Assembly (NCBI GenBank): GCA_036725345.1
Contig: DAIMEJ010000013.1
Span: 19,162-83,161 of the forward strand
Source of the DNA: Syntrophales bacterium
Lineage (GTDB): Bacteria; Desulfobacterota; Syntrophia; Syntrophales; UBA2192
Length of the DNA: 64,000 nucleotides
Direction of reading: 5' to 3'
Below are positions 52,344 to 61,284 of the stretch, in pieces (positions within the stretch are counted from its first letter, which is position 1; each line of letters begins with the position of its first letter). A program made the position numbers and the translations under genes. The notes below the pieces were generated by a model. That model was not told the DNA's origin and did not search any database. It worked only from the letters and a program-made list of their open reading frames with translations.

Positions 52344-53897
52344 GTGAAAGGCATCAACCTGGCGAGTTGTCTTGAGAATTCAGTGCATGCCCACCCGGGC
52401 AGGGTGGCCCTGATCATGGAGGAGGATCAGTGGACGTTCAGGGAACTCGACGCCGAGGCCAACCGGGTCGCAAACGGCCTCGCGGATCTGGGCGTGGAAA
52501 AGGAGGACAGGGTGTCGCTCTTTCTTCCCAACTGCGCGGAGTTCCTGTTCTGGTATTTCGGGGCCTTGAAAATGGGGGCCATCGTCAACCCGATCAACAC
52601 GATGCTCAAGGAGCGCGAGCTGGAATACGTCATCCGGGACTGCACCCCGAAGGTCCTTGTCACCGCGGAGGAGCTGGCGGCGGTCCCCCGCCACGTCTGC
52701 GGGCTCCCGGGGATCGGGGTCAAGAAAATGATCGTGGTCCGCGGCAAGGACACCGACGGGATGGTTGCCCATGAGACGTGGGTGAAGCGGTATCCCAAGA
52801 CCTTCGACGCGATGGCCGTGGAACAGGACGATCTCGCCGCCGTTCTCTACACTTCCGGGACGACGGGGCAGCCGAAAGGCGTCATGCTGACCCACCTGAA
52901 CCTCTGGACCAACGCCCGGCATTGCGCCGACTGGGCGGAGACGACGTACAACGACCTCTCCGTCTGCTCCCTTCCGCTCTTCCATTCCTACGCCCTCACG
53001 CACGTGGTGGGCGAACTCTTCATCGAAGGCGGGGCGGTGGCCTGGCTGAAGCGCTTCGAGCCGACGGCCTTCCTGGATGCCATGGCCCGCCATCGGGCGA
53101 CGGCGTGCCACTGCGTGGCCACGATGTACTACGCCCTGGTGAACCATCCCGCCGTGGACGACTACGCTAGCAAAATCCGCCTGCGGTACTGCGTCACCGG
53201 GGCGGCGGTGACCCCCGAGCCGATCCTCAAGGCGTGGAACGCGAAGTTCACGCCCATGAGCGAAGGGTACGGCCTGACGGAGGCGGCGCCCGTGGTCTTC
53301 ATGAACCCGCTTCCCGGAAAGGGCGTGCAGAAGGTCATGTCCTGCGGGGTCCCCATCGTCCCGGAAATCAAGGTCGGGGCCGTGAGGGACGACGGAAAGC
53401 CCGTGGCCGTCGGGGAAGTGGGGGAGCTCATCATCCAGGGGCCGAACGTGATGAAGGGCTACTGGAACAAGCCGGAGGCGACGGCCAAGAGCCTCAGGGA
53501 CGGCTGGCTCTACACGGGGGACATGGTCAGCTTCGACGAGGACGGCTACTATTACATCCGGGACCGCAAGAACGACATGATCAACCGCGCGGCCTTCAAC
53601 ATCTACCCGAAGGAGCTCGAGGACGTCCTCTACACCCACCCGGCCGTTGCCGAGGTCCAGGTGGTCGGCATCCCCGACCTGGTGAAGGGGGAGGAGGTCG
53701 TCGCCTGCCTGGCCCTGAAGCCTGGGAACAAGACCACCGAGGAGGATGTCATCCAGTTCTGCCGGAAGAACATGGCCGCCTATAAGGTCCCGAAGTACGT
53801 CCGCTTCTTCGATGCCCTTCCGAAGACGGTTACGGGAAAGCTCGAGAAGATGACGTTGCGGAAGATCCTCCTGGAGGAGGCGGCACGGAAAGGGTAG
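52344..53897 (+). CDS. AMP-dependent (long/medium-chain) acyl-CoA ligase
   Basis: GTG at 52344 after aaggaggg. 517 aa. Contains LYTSGTTGQPKG, YGLTEA, YTGD and PKTVTGKLEK. The track ORF is over-extended to 52281. Confidence 0.9.
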   Translation: MKGINLASCLENSVHAHPGRVALIMEEDQWTFRELDAEANRVANGLADLGVEKEDRVSLFLPNCAEFLFWYFGALKMGAIVNPINTMLKERELEYVIRDCTPKVLVTAEELAAVPRHVCGLPGIGVKKMIVVRGKDTDGMVAHETWVKRYPKTFDAMAVEQDDLAAVLYTSGTTGQPKGVMLTHLNLWTNARHCADWAETTYNDLSVCSLPLFHSYALTHVVGELFIEGGAVAWLKRFEPTAFLDAMARHRATACHCVATMYYALVNHPAVDDYASKIRLRYCVTGAAVTPEPILKAWNAKFTPMSEGYGLTEAAPVVFMNPLPGKGVQKVMSCGVPIVPEIKVGAVRDDGKPVAVGEVGELIIQGPNVMKGYWNKPEATAKSLRDGWLYTGDMVSFDEDGYYYIRDRKNDMINRAAFNIYPKELEDVLYTHPAVAEVQVVGIPDLVKGEEVVACLALKPGNKTTEEDVIQFCRKNMAAYKVPKYVRFFDALPKTVTGKLEKMTLRKILLEEAARKG

Positions 53898-53966
53898 GGG
53901 GTTGTTTACTGACTTAAGGTGCGCTGAAAAGTGCGCGGCCGCGGATTTTCTTCATGAAGGACGGTC

Positions 53967-54755
53967 ATGAATCTTTTTGACAGGGACATCATGCTCGAGG
54001 ATCTGGGAAATTCCCGCTTTGCCGGGGTGATCTCGGATAACTGGTCGGTGAACGGCAACCCCAACGGGGGGTATCTCATGGCGATGATTGCCGGCGCGAT
54101 GCTCCGGAAGAGCGACAAGAGGGAGACCCCCACGGTTACCGCGAATTATCTCTCCCGGTGTGTCCCCGGCGAGGTGGAGATCCGCGTTTCGGAAATCGCC
54201 CGTTCACGGCAGTTCACCCGTTTCGAGGCGCGCCTCTCGCAGACGGGGGAGGAAAAGATCAGGGCCCTCGGCACGTTCGCTGCGGGGAACAACGGCTGTG
54301 GGATCGAACGGTATGAAACGAGGGCTCCGGAACTTGCCCCGGTCGGGGAATGCGTGCGGATACCCGATATGCCGAAATACACCCTTTTTCAACAGCTCGA
54401 CCTCCGGCTCGACCCCGCCTGCGCCGGCTGGCTTACGGGAAGACTGGCGGATGTGTCGCTGAACAGGGGCTATCTCAGTTTTCGTGACGGGCGCTCCGTG
54501 GATCTCCTCTCGCTTTTTCTGATCATCGATGCCATGCCGCCCGCGGCCCTGGCCACGCAGGGCATGACGTCATGGGTCCCGACGGTGGAGCTTTCCGTGA
54601 ACGTCAGGAACCTGCCGCGGACCGATCGGCTCCGTTGCAGTCTCAGGACCCGCTTCATCACCTGCGGGCTCCTAGAGGCGGACGGCGAAGTCTGGGACGA
54701 TGAGGGCAGACTTGCGGCGATCTCGCGCCAGATTGCCCAGTTCAGGAAAGAATGA
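53967..54755 (+). CDS. acyl-CoA thioesterase-like protein (double hot-dog, TesB/4HBT_3-like)
   Basis: 262 aa. NGNPNGGYLMAMIAGAM and the two-half architecture are typical of thioesterase-II-like proteins. Sits directly after a CoA ligase. Confidence 0.7.
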   Translation: MNLFDRDIMLEDLGNSRFAGVISDNWSVNGNPNGGYLMAMIAGAMLRKSDKRETPTVTANYLSRCVPGEVEIRVSEIARSRQFTRFEARLSQTGEEKIRALGTFAAGNNGCGIERYETRAPELAPVGECVRIPDMPKYTLFQQLDLRLDPACAGWLTGRLADVSLNRGYLSFRDGRSVDLLSLFLIIDAMPPAALATQGMTSWVPTVELSVNVRNLPRTDRLRCSLRTRFITCGLLEADGEVWDDEGRLAAISRQIAQFRKE

Positions 54756-54782
54756 GCATTTTGATGATCATCCGCAAAGAGC

Positions 54783-54810
54783 TGGGGTCAGGCTTTGATA
54801 ATTTGATATT
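54783..54810 (+). repeat. 28-bp direct repeat, copy 1 (TGGGGTCAGGCTTTGATAATTTGATATT)
   Basis: Identical to 55353..55380. Contains an internal TTTGATA-A-TTTGATA duplication. A further TTTGATGATC lies at 54760-54769. Confidence 0.9.
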
Positions 54811-54827
54811 AAACGTTGACCGGCGGG

Positions 54828-54849
54828 AAAAAGGGGCCTGTCCCCTTTT
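54828..54849. terminator. bidirectional rho-independent terminator
   Basis: AAAAAGGGG-CCTGT-CCCCTTTT, between the convergent thioesterase gene (+) and the 54864..55319 gene (-). Confidence 0.7.
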
Positions 54850-54863
54850 AGTTTAAAACTGAC

Positions 54864-55319
54864 TCACGGGCAGGTCGGGCCACGGATTTCAAGGTGTCTC
54901 CCGGGTGCGTCCGGTTTGGCTGTGATCCGCGCGACGGCACCTTCATTTAAAACGCACGCCGGCCCCGTTGACGGCGGGCCGTCGATGACACGCCGCGCCA
55001 CGCAGACGTAGACCTCCCCGCCGCTTTTATCCACGAATAGAAGACCCCAGTGTGTCTCCCCCAGGCAATCGGGGCCCTTCCACGTGTTTCCGGATTCGGC
55101 CCCGGACCCGAAAGGGTATACCCGCTCCCACTCATGGGGCGCCAGGTCCTTCATGTGGGCCGCCGTCGCCCCCGACCGGACGAACTTCTTCAGGTTCCTT
55201 TCGACATCGCGCCGGGCCCTGTTTGACGGCTCATTGACGACGCTCAACCAGGCGGCAACCAGGCCAACCAGAAAGAGGGCAAAGAAGGTAATGAATATCT
55301 TTTTCCCTGTCAGTTTCAC
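54864..55319 (-). CDS. hypothetical membrane-anchored protein
   Basis: 151 aa, GTG start. N-terminal TM segment IFITFFALFLVGLVAAWLSV. I recognise no family. It is the only gene between the two 28-bp repeat copies. Confidence 0.55.
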   Translation of the reverse strand: MKLTGKKIFITFFALFLVGLVAAWLSVVNEPSNRARRDVERNLKKFVRSGATAAHMKDLAPHEWERVYPFGSGAESGNTWKGPDCLGETHWGLLFVDKSGGEVYVCVARRVIDGPPSTGPACVLNEGAVARITAKPDAPGRHLEIRGPTCP

Positions 55320-55352
55320 GACGCAAGAATACCTCTATGGTTTGTATCGGCG

Positions 55353-55380
55353 TGGGGTCAGGCTTTGATAATTTGATATT
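55353..55380 (+). repeat. 28-bp direct repeat, copy 2
   Basis: Identical to 54783..54810. Ends 10 nt before the stop of the minus-strand HD gene. Confidence 0.9.
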
Positions 55381-55390
55381 TGAACAATCA

Positions 55391-55936
55391 TTACCCGAAG
55401 AGTATTTTCACCTCCAGGGCATATCTTCGGAAAAGCGATGTCGCCGCTTCACTTTCGCCCGCCCTCGAATTAAAGATTTCGGCAAGAGAGCGGTAATACC
55501 ACTCCTGGTCGTCCTTCGGGCGCCTGAAGCGGCCCCAGACGGACTCTCCGTCTTTCTCGACGTCCTCGATGATGCTCTTCACGTTGTCCAGTTTGTCGGC
55601 GCAGGAGAGAATGAGCACGTCCATCGGCGCCGTCTTCAAGTAGTCGATGGTGTGGTTCTTGCGGTTCTCCCAGGTGTCGGACTTGTCAGGCTCTGAGGCT
55701 GCCGCCACGAGCGACGCGACTTTGTCCCCGAACTCTTCCCTGATTTCTCCGGATGTCACAGGAGTGTCCTCCGTTGTGTCGTGAAGGATGCCTGCAACGA
55801 CGACCTCCTCCGGGCAACCGTACTCGATGAGGATCTTCGCGACGTTCAGGGGGTGAATGAGGTAGGGTATCCGGGTGCCCTTGCGGTAGTGATCCCTGTG
55901 CGCCCTGGCGGCGAATTCTATTGCGCGGAATATCAT
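55391..55936 (-). CDS. HD-domain (p)ppGpp-hydrolase-like protein (stand-alone SpoT/Mesh1-type hydrolase domain)
   Basis: ATG at 55936 after gaggag. 181 aa. Contains FAARAHRDHYRKGTRIPYLIHPLNVA and GILHDTTEDT, matching the RelA/SpoT HD hydrolase pattern. No synthetase domain is present. Confidence 0.75.
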   Translation of the reverse strand: MIFRAIEFAARAHRDHYRKGTRIPYLIHPLNVAKILIEYGCPEEVVVAGILHDTTEDTPVTSGEIREEFGDKVASLVAAASEPDKSDTWENRKNHTIDYLKTAPMDVLILSCADKLDNVKSIIEDVEKDGESVWGRFRRPKDDQEWYYRSLAEIFNSRAGESEAATSLFRRYALEVKILFG

Positions 55937-56128
55937 CGTCTCTCCTCTATTCCTTAAATCAAAGCCCAATTGAAATGATATCTTCTTAAAGGTTTGCCGG
56001 CAATCTTTACTTTACTAATACATTTTATTCATTATACTAAAATATATTGTCCGTTGCTTCTTCACTTGGCCTGAAACCCCATCCACGCCATTTTGTTCCC
56101 ACCATGTTACGGTCTCAAGAGGTGGCAT

Positions 56129-57778
56129 ATGAAAAATAGAAAGAGCGAAATCAGTCTCAAGAAACCCGAGACCCCGATCGATCCGCTGGAAGGGCCAAAG
56201 CTTGCCCTGGCAGGCCAGATCGTGACTATGGATCCGGCCCGGCGTATCCTGAAAAAGGGCACAATCTTCATCGAAAAAGGCGGAATCGCAGCCGTGCGGC
56301 TCGAGGGGGAGCCATCCCCGGACGGGTTCGAGGCCGTCCCCGTGGTGGATACGCAGGGCACCATCTTTCCGGGACTCATCGAACTGCACAATCACCTGAG
56401 TTACGACATCCTCCAGCTCTGGGACGTACCGAAGAAGTACGGCAACCGGGGCCAGTGGGCGGGAATCCCTGAATACCAGCAGCTCATCAGCGGGCCCATG
56501 AAGCTCATCGGGACGATTCCCGGCCTGATGCCCGCCGTCGTACGCTTCGTGGAGTGCAAGTGCCTGCTGGGCGGCGTGACGACCAGCCAGGGCATCGAAC
56601 TTTACAGCAACAGGGGGGCACGGCGGTTCTACCGGGGCATCGTGCGCAATGTCGAACAGACGGACGACCCCGGTCTGCCTGAAGCAGGGACACGGATCCC
56701 GGACGTGGAGGCAAACGACGCGGAGAAATTCCTTGCGCGCCTCGGGCAGAAAAAATGTTTTTTGCTGCATCTGGCCGAGGGCATAGACGCGGCCGCGCGC
56801 CGCCACTTTTTGAGCCTGGAGTTCAGACCCGGCGAATGGGCCGTCGCCGAGTCCCTGGCGGGCATCCACTGCACGGCCCTGAACAAATTGGATTATGACA
56901 TCATGAAAGACAAGGGGGCCTCCATGGTATGGTCTCCTTTCAGCAACCTTCTCCTCTACGGGGGAACGGCGGAAGTGATCGCTGCCAAGGAAGCGGGTAT
57001 ACGGATCGGGCTGGGCTCCGACTGGTCTCCCTCAGGCAGCAAGAATCTGCTGGGCGAACTCAAGGTCGCCCACCTGTTCAGCAGGGAGCACGGGGGGATT
57101 TTCAGCGATGAGGAAATCGTCGCGCTGGCGACAAACAACGCGGCCGCCATCCTCCAATGGCAGGATCGCCTCGGGTCCATCGAGGAGGGCAAACGGGCCG
57201 ATTTTCTCGTGATTGAAGGGACCCCGCCAGATCCCTGCGCGGCCCTGATCAGGGCCGCCGAACACTCGATTCAGCTGGTCATGATCAACGGTGTCGCGCG
57301 GTACGGAACCCCCGAGATCATGAATCAGCTCGGCGCGACGGGCGAAAAACTGACCGTGGGAGGGAAAAAGAAAGTTCTCTACCTGGTGCAGAAAACCGCG
57401 GACCCCGCCGTCGCGCCCATTTCCCTGAAACAGGCAAAGGCAAAACTACGCAAGGCGTTGAAGGATCTCCCGAACCTCAAGCCTCCCCCCGCGGTTCCCG
57501 CCGGCCGCGCGGGGTTTGAAGCGCCGCTGCAATGGTTCCTGGCGCTGGACGAACTCGCCCCGACGGGCATGGATGTGCGCCCCCACTTGCCGATGGGCGG
57601 GCAACCCACCATGACCGATGCCAGGGGGCCGGATGTGAAAAAAGCCCCTGTGGAGCTCAAGCCGCTTAAACTCGATGCCATGACGGTGGCCGATGACGCT
57701 GATTTCCTCACTCGGGTGGCGACGGCAAAGAATCTGCCTGATTACATCAAGCAGGGGCTGCCGCTGTTGTATGCGTAA
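56129..57778 (+). CDS. amidohydrolase-1 superfamily, nucleobase/aminohydrolase (deaminase/chlorohydrolase)-like, with a ~130-aa C-terminal extension
   Basis: ATG at 56129 after aagaggtgg. Metal/catalytic motifs GLIELHNHL, HLAEG, IHC and GLGSDWSPSGS, plus RADFLVI near the barrel end. The last ~130 aa are Pro/Lys-rich and unassigned. Confidence 0.75.
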   Translation: MKNRKSEISLKKPETPIDPLEGPKLALAGQIVTMDPARRILKKGTIFIEKGGIAAVRLEGEPSPDGFEAVPVVDTQGTIFPGLIELHNHLSYDILQLWDVPKKYGNRGQWAGIPEYQQLISGPMKLIGTIPGLMPAVVRFVECKCLLGGVTTSQGIELYSNRGARRFYRGIVRNVEQTDDPGLPEAGTRIPDVEANDAEKFLARLGQKKCFLLHLAEGIDAAARRHFLSLEFRPGEWAVAESLAGIHCTALNKLDYDIMKDKGASMVWSPFSNLLLYGGTAEVIAAKEAGIRIGLGSDWSPSGSKNLLGELKVAHLFSREHGGIFSDEEIVALATNNAAAILQWQDRLGSIEEGKRADFLVIEGTPPDPCAALIRAAEHSIQLVMINGVARYGTPEIMNQLGATGEKLTVGGKKKVLYLVQKTADPAVAPISLKQAKAKLRKALKDLPNLKPPPAVPAGRAGFEAPLQWFLALDELAPTGMDVRPHLPMGGQPTMTDARGPDVKKAPVELKPLKLDAMTVADDADFLTRVATAKNLPDYIKQGLPLLYA

Positions 57779-57823
57779 TCGAATAAACGTCGCTTCAACC
57801 GCAAAAGTGGACAAGGAGTCGAC

Positions 57824-59599
57824 ATGAACCCCTACTGGAAAAACAGGGGATTCCCCTGGGAATACGACCCCGGACCGCCGGGCAACCTTCGCTGGGCGGA
57901 GCTGTTTTCACAGACACCCAATTACCGGGCTTTCGGGAAGACCGTGCTCGGCAGGGAGGTCTTTCGATGGCAGTTCGGCCCCGTGTTCTACCGCGGCCGC
58001 CTGCAGGAGCAGGCCGTCAAAGTGCTCGTTGTAGGTCAGGACGGCGCACAGGATGAATCCCTGGCTCACCGGTCTTTTACCGGGGGCACAGGCGCAAGGA
58101 TGCAGTATTTCCTGGACTACATCGGGATCACCGAGTCCTATCTTTTTCTTAACACGTTCATCTATCCCATTGCCGGTCAATATAACGAAGGTATGGCGTC
58201 GCTGGCCCAGGACCCCCAGTACCCCATCGTGAAGCATCGCCACGACCTTTTCAACTATGTCCTCGATGTCAATGACGTTCACCTGGTTGTCGCCGTGGGC
58301 AACGCGGCGAAGGAGAGTGTCGTCAACTGGGTGCGGTCCAGGGGCGGCTCGTGTTCTCAGGGAGCCGCCGATGTCAGCCTGTGCACCGGTTCCGCGCTGG
58401 GCCCTGACACGAAGATCGTCGGGGTCATGCACCCTGGCGCGGCAGGGCAGGGTGGTTCTTCGGCAGCGATTCTCGCCGATTTCAAAAAAGCACTGGCAAA
58501 GATCAAAGCCTGGATGGACGCGGATCCGGCCTGGCTGCCGCCTGACGCCGCGGGGAGCCGGAAGTTCGATCAACCCTACAAGTACCGAAGCGCCCCCATC
58601 CCCTTACGTGATTTTACTTACGGGGTCGCTCTTCGCCTCGGCCGGGGCGGCACATCGAGCAACCGGACAGACAGACAGCGTTCCATCCAGATATATTCGG
58701 CTGCGGGGGCATACAACAACAGGGGCGACAAATTGAAATACGGCGACACCGCGGAAGGAAGCCGGGAAGGTTATTCGGAAGATCCGGGCGATGTCCCCTA
58801 CGAACCGCCGAAGATTGAATTTGCGGAATTTGACAAAGGACCGGGGGCCGGATTCGCGCGCCTCATGATGGGGGGCGAGCCCGGGCTGGAATGGCCGGAC
58901 TTCACAGTGCTGGGCGCAACGGCCCACCCGTCCTTCGGGACGGGTCCGATTTACCGCGGCCGGCCTGACGGGGCCAACGTCCTCATTCTGGCCGACCAGC
59001 AGGACCACGATGACCTGTTCACGGGGCGCGCGCTCACGGGGGAGAGCGGCCAGCGGGTGCAGCCCTTTCTGAAGAGCATCGGGATCCTGAGGTCCTACGT
59101 CGTGCTCCGAATCCTGCCCGTCGACACCCTCGATCTCAGCACCAGCAAGGTTTCCGCAATCGTGAATCACCCGCAGACGAAAAAAGTTTACCAGGCCATT
59201 GTCGACAAAATCAGGGGAGAGAACCCGGACCTCAAGCTGATTCTGTCCTTTGGCAGACATGCAAAAAGTCTTTCGCAGGGCCTGTCTCTGGGTGGCCTGA
59301 CGGTTATTCGACTCAAGGCCTGGCAGGAACAAGGGGCGCTACAGGACTGGCAGGAAGGGCTTTCCGCCATCAGACAGCTTGATTACAAAAAGGACGTGGC
59401 CAATCCTTCCTTCGCCTGTGATGGGCAGAGGGGACAGATCCCCCGCTTCGACCTGCCATACGGAACTCTCCGCTGGCAGGGAAGCTCCGGCGACCGTGCC
59501 CGACGCCCCTTGGATCGGTCAACCAATCGTCCCTCTGCTGACTATTACAAGATCTTCGTGCCGGATTGGGTGTTTCGACTCAAGCCGATGCCTCTTTGA
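57824..59599 (+). CDS. hypothetical protein with two tandem uracil-DNA-glycosylase-fold-like domains
   Basis: 591 aa. Domain 1 shows a UDG-like motif order: VLVVGQDGAQDE (compare GEAPGxxE), FLNTFIYP, VVAVGNAAKE, VGVMHPGA (compare HPS). Domain 2 repeats the pattern in degenerate form (VLILADQQDHDD, GESGQRVQPFL, LILSFGRHAK). This is motif-level recognition only. Confidence 0.45.
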   Translation: MNPYWKNRGFPWEYDPGPPGNLRWAELFSQTPNYRAFGKTVLGREVFRWQFGPVFYRGRLQEQAVKVLVVGQDGAQDESLAHRSFTGGTGARMQYFLDYIGITESYLFLNTFIYPIAGQYNEGMASLAQDPQYPIVKHRHDLFNYVLDVNDVHLVVAVGNAAKESVVNWVRSRGGSCSQGAADVSLCTGSALGPDTKIVGVMHPGAAGQGGSSAAILADFKKALAKIKAWMDADPAWLPPDAAGSRKFDQPYKYRSAPIPLRDFTYGVALRLGRGGTSSNRTDRQRSIQIYSAAGAYNNRGDKLKYGDTAEGSREGYSEDPGDVPYEPPKIEFAEFDKGPGAGFARLMMGGEPGLEWPDFTVLGATAHPSFGTGPIYRGRPDGANVLILADQQDHDDLFTGRALTGESGQRVQPFLKSIGILRSYVVLRILPVDTLDLSTSKVSAIVNHPQTKKVYQAIVDKIRGENPDLKLILSFGRHAKSLSQGLSLGGLTVIRLKAWQEQGALQDWQEGLSAIRQLDYKKDVANPSFACDGQRGQIPRFDLPYGTLRWQGSSGDRARRPLDRSTNRPSADYYKIFVPDWVFRLKPMPL

Positions 59600-59749
59600 A
59601 AGGGGGAGCCAGCAACGTTTTCGGTCTTGAGAAATTGCCGGCGGCGATCGCCCGGCGAGCGGGCCGCCCCGTGCATCGATAAAGCGGTATGGGTTTGGAA
59701 ACCCCGCTTACAACGGATGGTCAAGCACAATCCTTGAAGGGAGGACGCC

Positions 59750-60667
59750 ATGAAGAAACAAAAAGCGATCAAGAGGCGGACCTGCGGCGCAATGGCGGCG
59801 CATCATCGGCTCCTGGAACTCGACCCGAATTTTCGAATGAGACAGGTGCAGCTCGAAAATGCGACAGCCCTGAGGATGTCACTGGGCGTCAGGGCCCTGC
59901 GCAAAGCCGTGCCGGTCACAATCCCGGTCGTCGTTCACGTGGTTTACAAGACAGCGGCGGAAAACATTTCGACGGCCCAGATCAAAAGCCAGATCAAGGT
60001 TCTCAACAGGGATTATCGCGCCAAAAATACCGATAAATCCAAGGTTCCCGCCGTCTGGAAAGGACTCGTGGCCGACGCGGGCGTTCAGTTCGCCCTGGCG
60101 TCAAAGGACCCGAAGGGCAAACCGACGACAGGCATCACGCGGACGAAGACGACCCGGGCGTCCTTCGACATCGATGATTCCGTGAAGTCCTCGGCCACGG
60201 GAGGCGTGAATGCCTGGCCCGCAGACCGGTACCTCAATATCTGGGTGTGCACCCTGGCGAACGGCATACTGGGGTACGCGCAGTTCCCCGGCGGACCCAA
60301 GAAAACGGACGGGGTCGTCATCCTGAACACGGCCTTCGGCACCGCAGGGTCAGCCGCCGCCCCCTTCAACCGGGGAAGGACGGCGACGCACGAAGTAGGC
60401 CACTGGCTCAACCTGCGCCACATCTGGGCGGATACGGAGGACTGCAGCGGGACGGATTTTGTCGCCGATACGCCGAACGCGGCGGGACCGAACTACGGGA
60501 AACCGAAATTCCCCCATGTGACCTGCAATAACGGGCCGAATGGCGACATGTTCATGAACTACATGGATTACGTTGACGATGCCGCGATGTTCATGTTCAC
60601 CACCCAGCAGGTGGTGCGGATGCAGGCGGTCATGAGCGGTCCGCGAAAGAAGATTGGCAGATCATAA
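59750..60667 (+). CDS. M43B pappalysin-family (ulilysin-like) zinc metalloprotease, no signal peptide
   Basis: 305 aa. Zinc site [11 protein letters not shown] and a Met-turn region [13 protein letters not shown]. Also [21 protein letters not shown] and [10 protein letters not shown], as I recall from ulilysin. The N-terminus [19 protein letters not shown] has no hydrophobic h-region. Confidence 0.8.
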   Translation: MKKQKAIKRRTCGAMAAHHRLLELDPNFRMRQVQLENATALRMSLGVRALRKAVPVTIPVVVHVVYKTAAENISTAQIKSQIKVLNRDYRAKNTDKSKVPAVWKGLVADAGVQFALASKDPKGKPTTGITRTKTTRASFDIDDSVKSSATGGVNAWPADRYLNIWVCTLANGILGYAQFPGGPKKTDGVVILNTAFGTAGSAAAPFNRGRTATHEVGHWLNLRHIWADTEDCSGTDFVADTPNAAGPNYGKPKFPHVTCNNGPNGDMFMNYMDYVDDAAMFMFTTQQVVRMQAVMSGPRKKIGRS

Positions 60668-60691
60668 GGCACCATCGGAGACAGCGTAGCG

Positions 60692-61012
60692 GTGAAGAAG
60701 AGCATACGCGGAAATGCACTGCACCGGCATTGGGTGCATTCGCACGAGGAAGACACCGAAACCGAAAGGGTCTATCGACCCGCTTCTTTCGCGTTCCCCC
60801 GCTCCCGGGGCAGGTCCGCCATGGCATTGAAACCGGACGGCGGCCTTGTCGAGACCGGGATCGGGCCGGCCGACGGCCCTAAGGAGAGCCGGGGAACCTG
60901 GAAGCTGGAAAATGACGACATTCTCTCCATTTACGAAACAGGGAAGGCGAAGCCGAAGCGCAGGATGAAAATAGTATCCCTGGATAAGGAGAAACTGGTC
61001 ATTAAAAAATGA
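60692..61012 (+). CDS. small hypothetical protein (106 aa)
   Basis: GTG start 24 nt after the protease stop. Contains WVHSHEEDTETERVYRP and GTWKLENDDILSI, a lipocalin-like beta pattern. Function unknown. Confidence 0.55.
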   Translation: MKKSIRGNALHRHWVHSHEEDTETERVYRPASFAFPRSRGRSAMALKPDGGLVETGIGPADGPKESRGTWKLENDDILSIYETGKAKPKRRMKIVSLDKEKLVIKK

Positions 61013-61115
61013 ACTTCAGGGAACAGCCGGAGAAAAATCTCTTCGGAGGTTCAACTCTTGACGCCTTCCGTATAATCAACGAATTTTCAATCAATATAAT
61101 ACCTTGTGCTGCTTG

Positions 61116-61152
61116 ATCTCCGGGGCCGCAGAGAGACGCCGGAGATTTTTTT
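61116..61152 (+). terminator. rho-independent terminator
   Basis: ATCTCCGG-(15 nt)-CCGGAGAT followed by TTTTTT. A second, weaker CTCCC...GGGAG hairpin plus a T7 run lies at about 61156-61186. Confidence 0.65.
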
Positions 61153-61247
61153 GTACTCCCGGACGGGAAGGGAGCCGTTTTTTTCAGGGTATCCAAATAG
61201 AACGGCGGGCGAGCCCAATTGCTTTTCAGTACTTAATTATATAATAT

Positions 61248-61275
61248 TTGACAATATTGAATAAATATATATAAT
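61248..61275 (+). promoter_or_regulatory. consensus sigma-70 promoter
   Basis: TTGACA (61248-61253), a 16-nt spacer, then TATAAT (61270-61275). The ATG at 61285 is only 9 nt downstream and has no SD, implying a leaderless or near-leaderless mRNA. Confidence 0.6.
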
Positions 61276-61284
61276 TTTAACGCT

